This document shows positions 63,499 to 64,000 of a DNA stretch of 64,000 nucleotides, one piece after another. The notes beneath the pieces were generated by a model. That model ran no database searches and had not been told where the DNA came from. It saw nothing but the letters and a program-made list of their open reading frames with translations. The stretch is from Torpedo marmorata (Eukaryota), in assembly GCA_977017645.1 (NCBI GenBank), contig OZ360242.1, positions 21,390,001-21,454,000 on the forward strand, in the 5' to 3' direction. The position numbers and the translations under genes are program-made. Numbering within the stretch: the first letter of the stretch is position 1; each line of letters begins with the position of its first letter.

Positions 63499-64000
63499 AG
63501 AGTAATCTTTCCGAGTAAACTAAACAAATATACAAGGGAGGTGATTCATGTTCATGTAAAGAATGATAAAACGCCACGTAATAAGCAGGCAGCAAACAAA
63601 GTCCTATTTTATCTCAGCAGCTGCAGGCAGACATTTTCACTCCCTAAAAAAATTCCTGACTTGTAAAAGCAAGACAACAGTAATAGGCAAAGAGTACCTA
63701 CACACAGTGAGTAGTGGGAAAAAGACTAGTGTTTATGTAATATCTTTCATAGCCCTTTTAGAAATTCACAAAGCACTTTATAACCAATTAAGTATAGTTT
63801 AAAGTACAGCCACTATTGTGTTTTACTAAAATTAATTTGTTCAGAGTATGGTTCCGAAATAAAAAACAGTTCCCAAAGATTGGCCAGGTCACTCGAGATT
63901 AATCTCCTCAGTGGCTTTAAAATGACATGTGGTCCATTATTGTCCACTTTGCTGCAACGTTCCGTGTGAATGGCCAGCGTCATGGGGGCCATTTGTGGGC

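Overview
This is eukaryotic, repeat-dense vertebrate DNA. The repeat repertoire (CR1 with (TCTTATGT)n tails, V-SINE/HE1-like tRNA SINEs, Rex1, Penelope, L1) suggests a cartilaginous fish, probably a ray; that assignment is inference. I found one host gene, which the ORF track misses: LITAF on the minus strand. Its three coding exons (37839-37692, 34223-34070, 18496-18388) splice in frame into a 136-aa protein with a PPxY motif and a complete CxxC...HxCxxC LITAF domain. A likely non-coding exon 1 and promoter lie near 59055-59450, inside a ~520-bp NF-kB/Sp1/C-EBP module that is duplicated 3 kb upstream. Most of the rest is transposable elements, often nested with readable target-site duplications (TSDs). 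These include the 5' end of a BEL/Pao LTR element whose Gag begins with a SAP domain, CR1, Rex1, L1 and Penelope (with hammerhead-like motifs), three solo LTRs, and a DD35D pogo/Passer transposon split by two L1s. There are also Chapaev3, hAT and Harbinger-like derivatives, a 5S-derived SINE with a Rex1-type tail, and many tRNA SINEs. No database searches were run. Family names come from motif recognition, and boundaries without a TSD are approximate.
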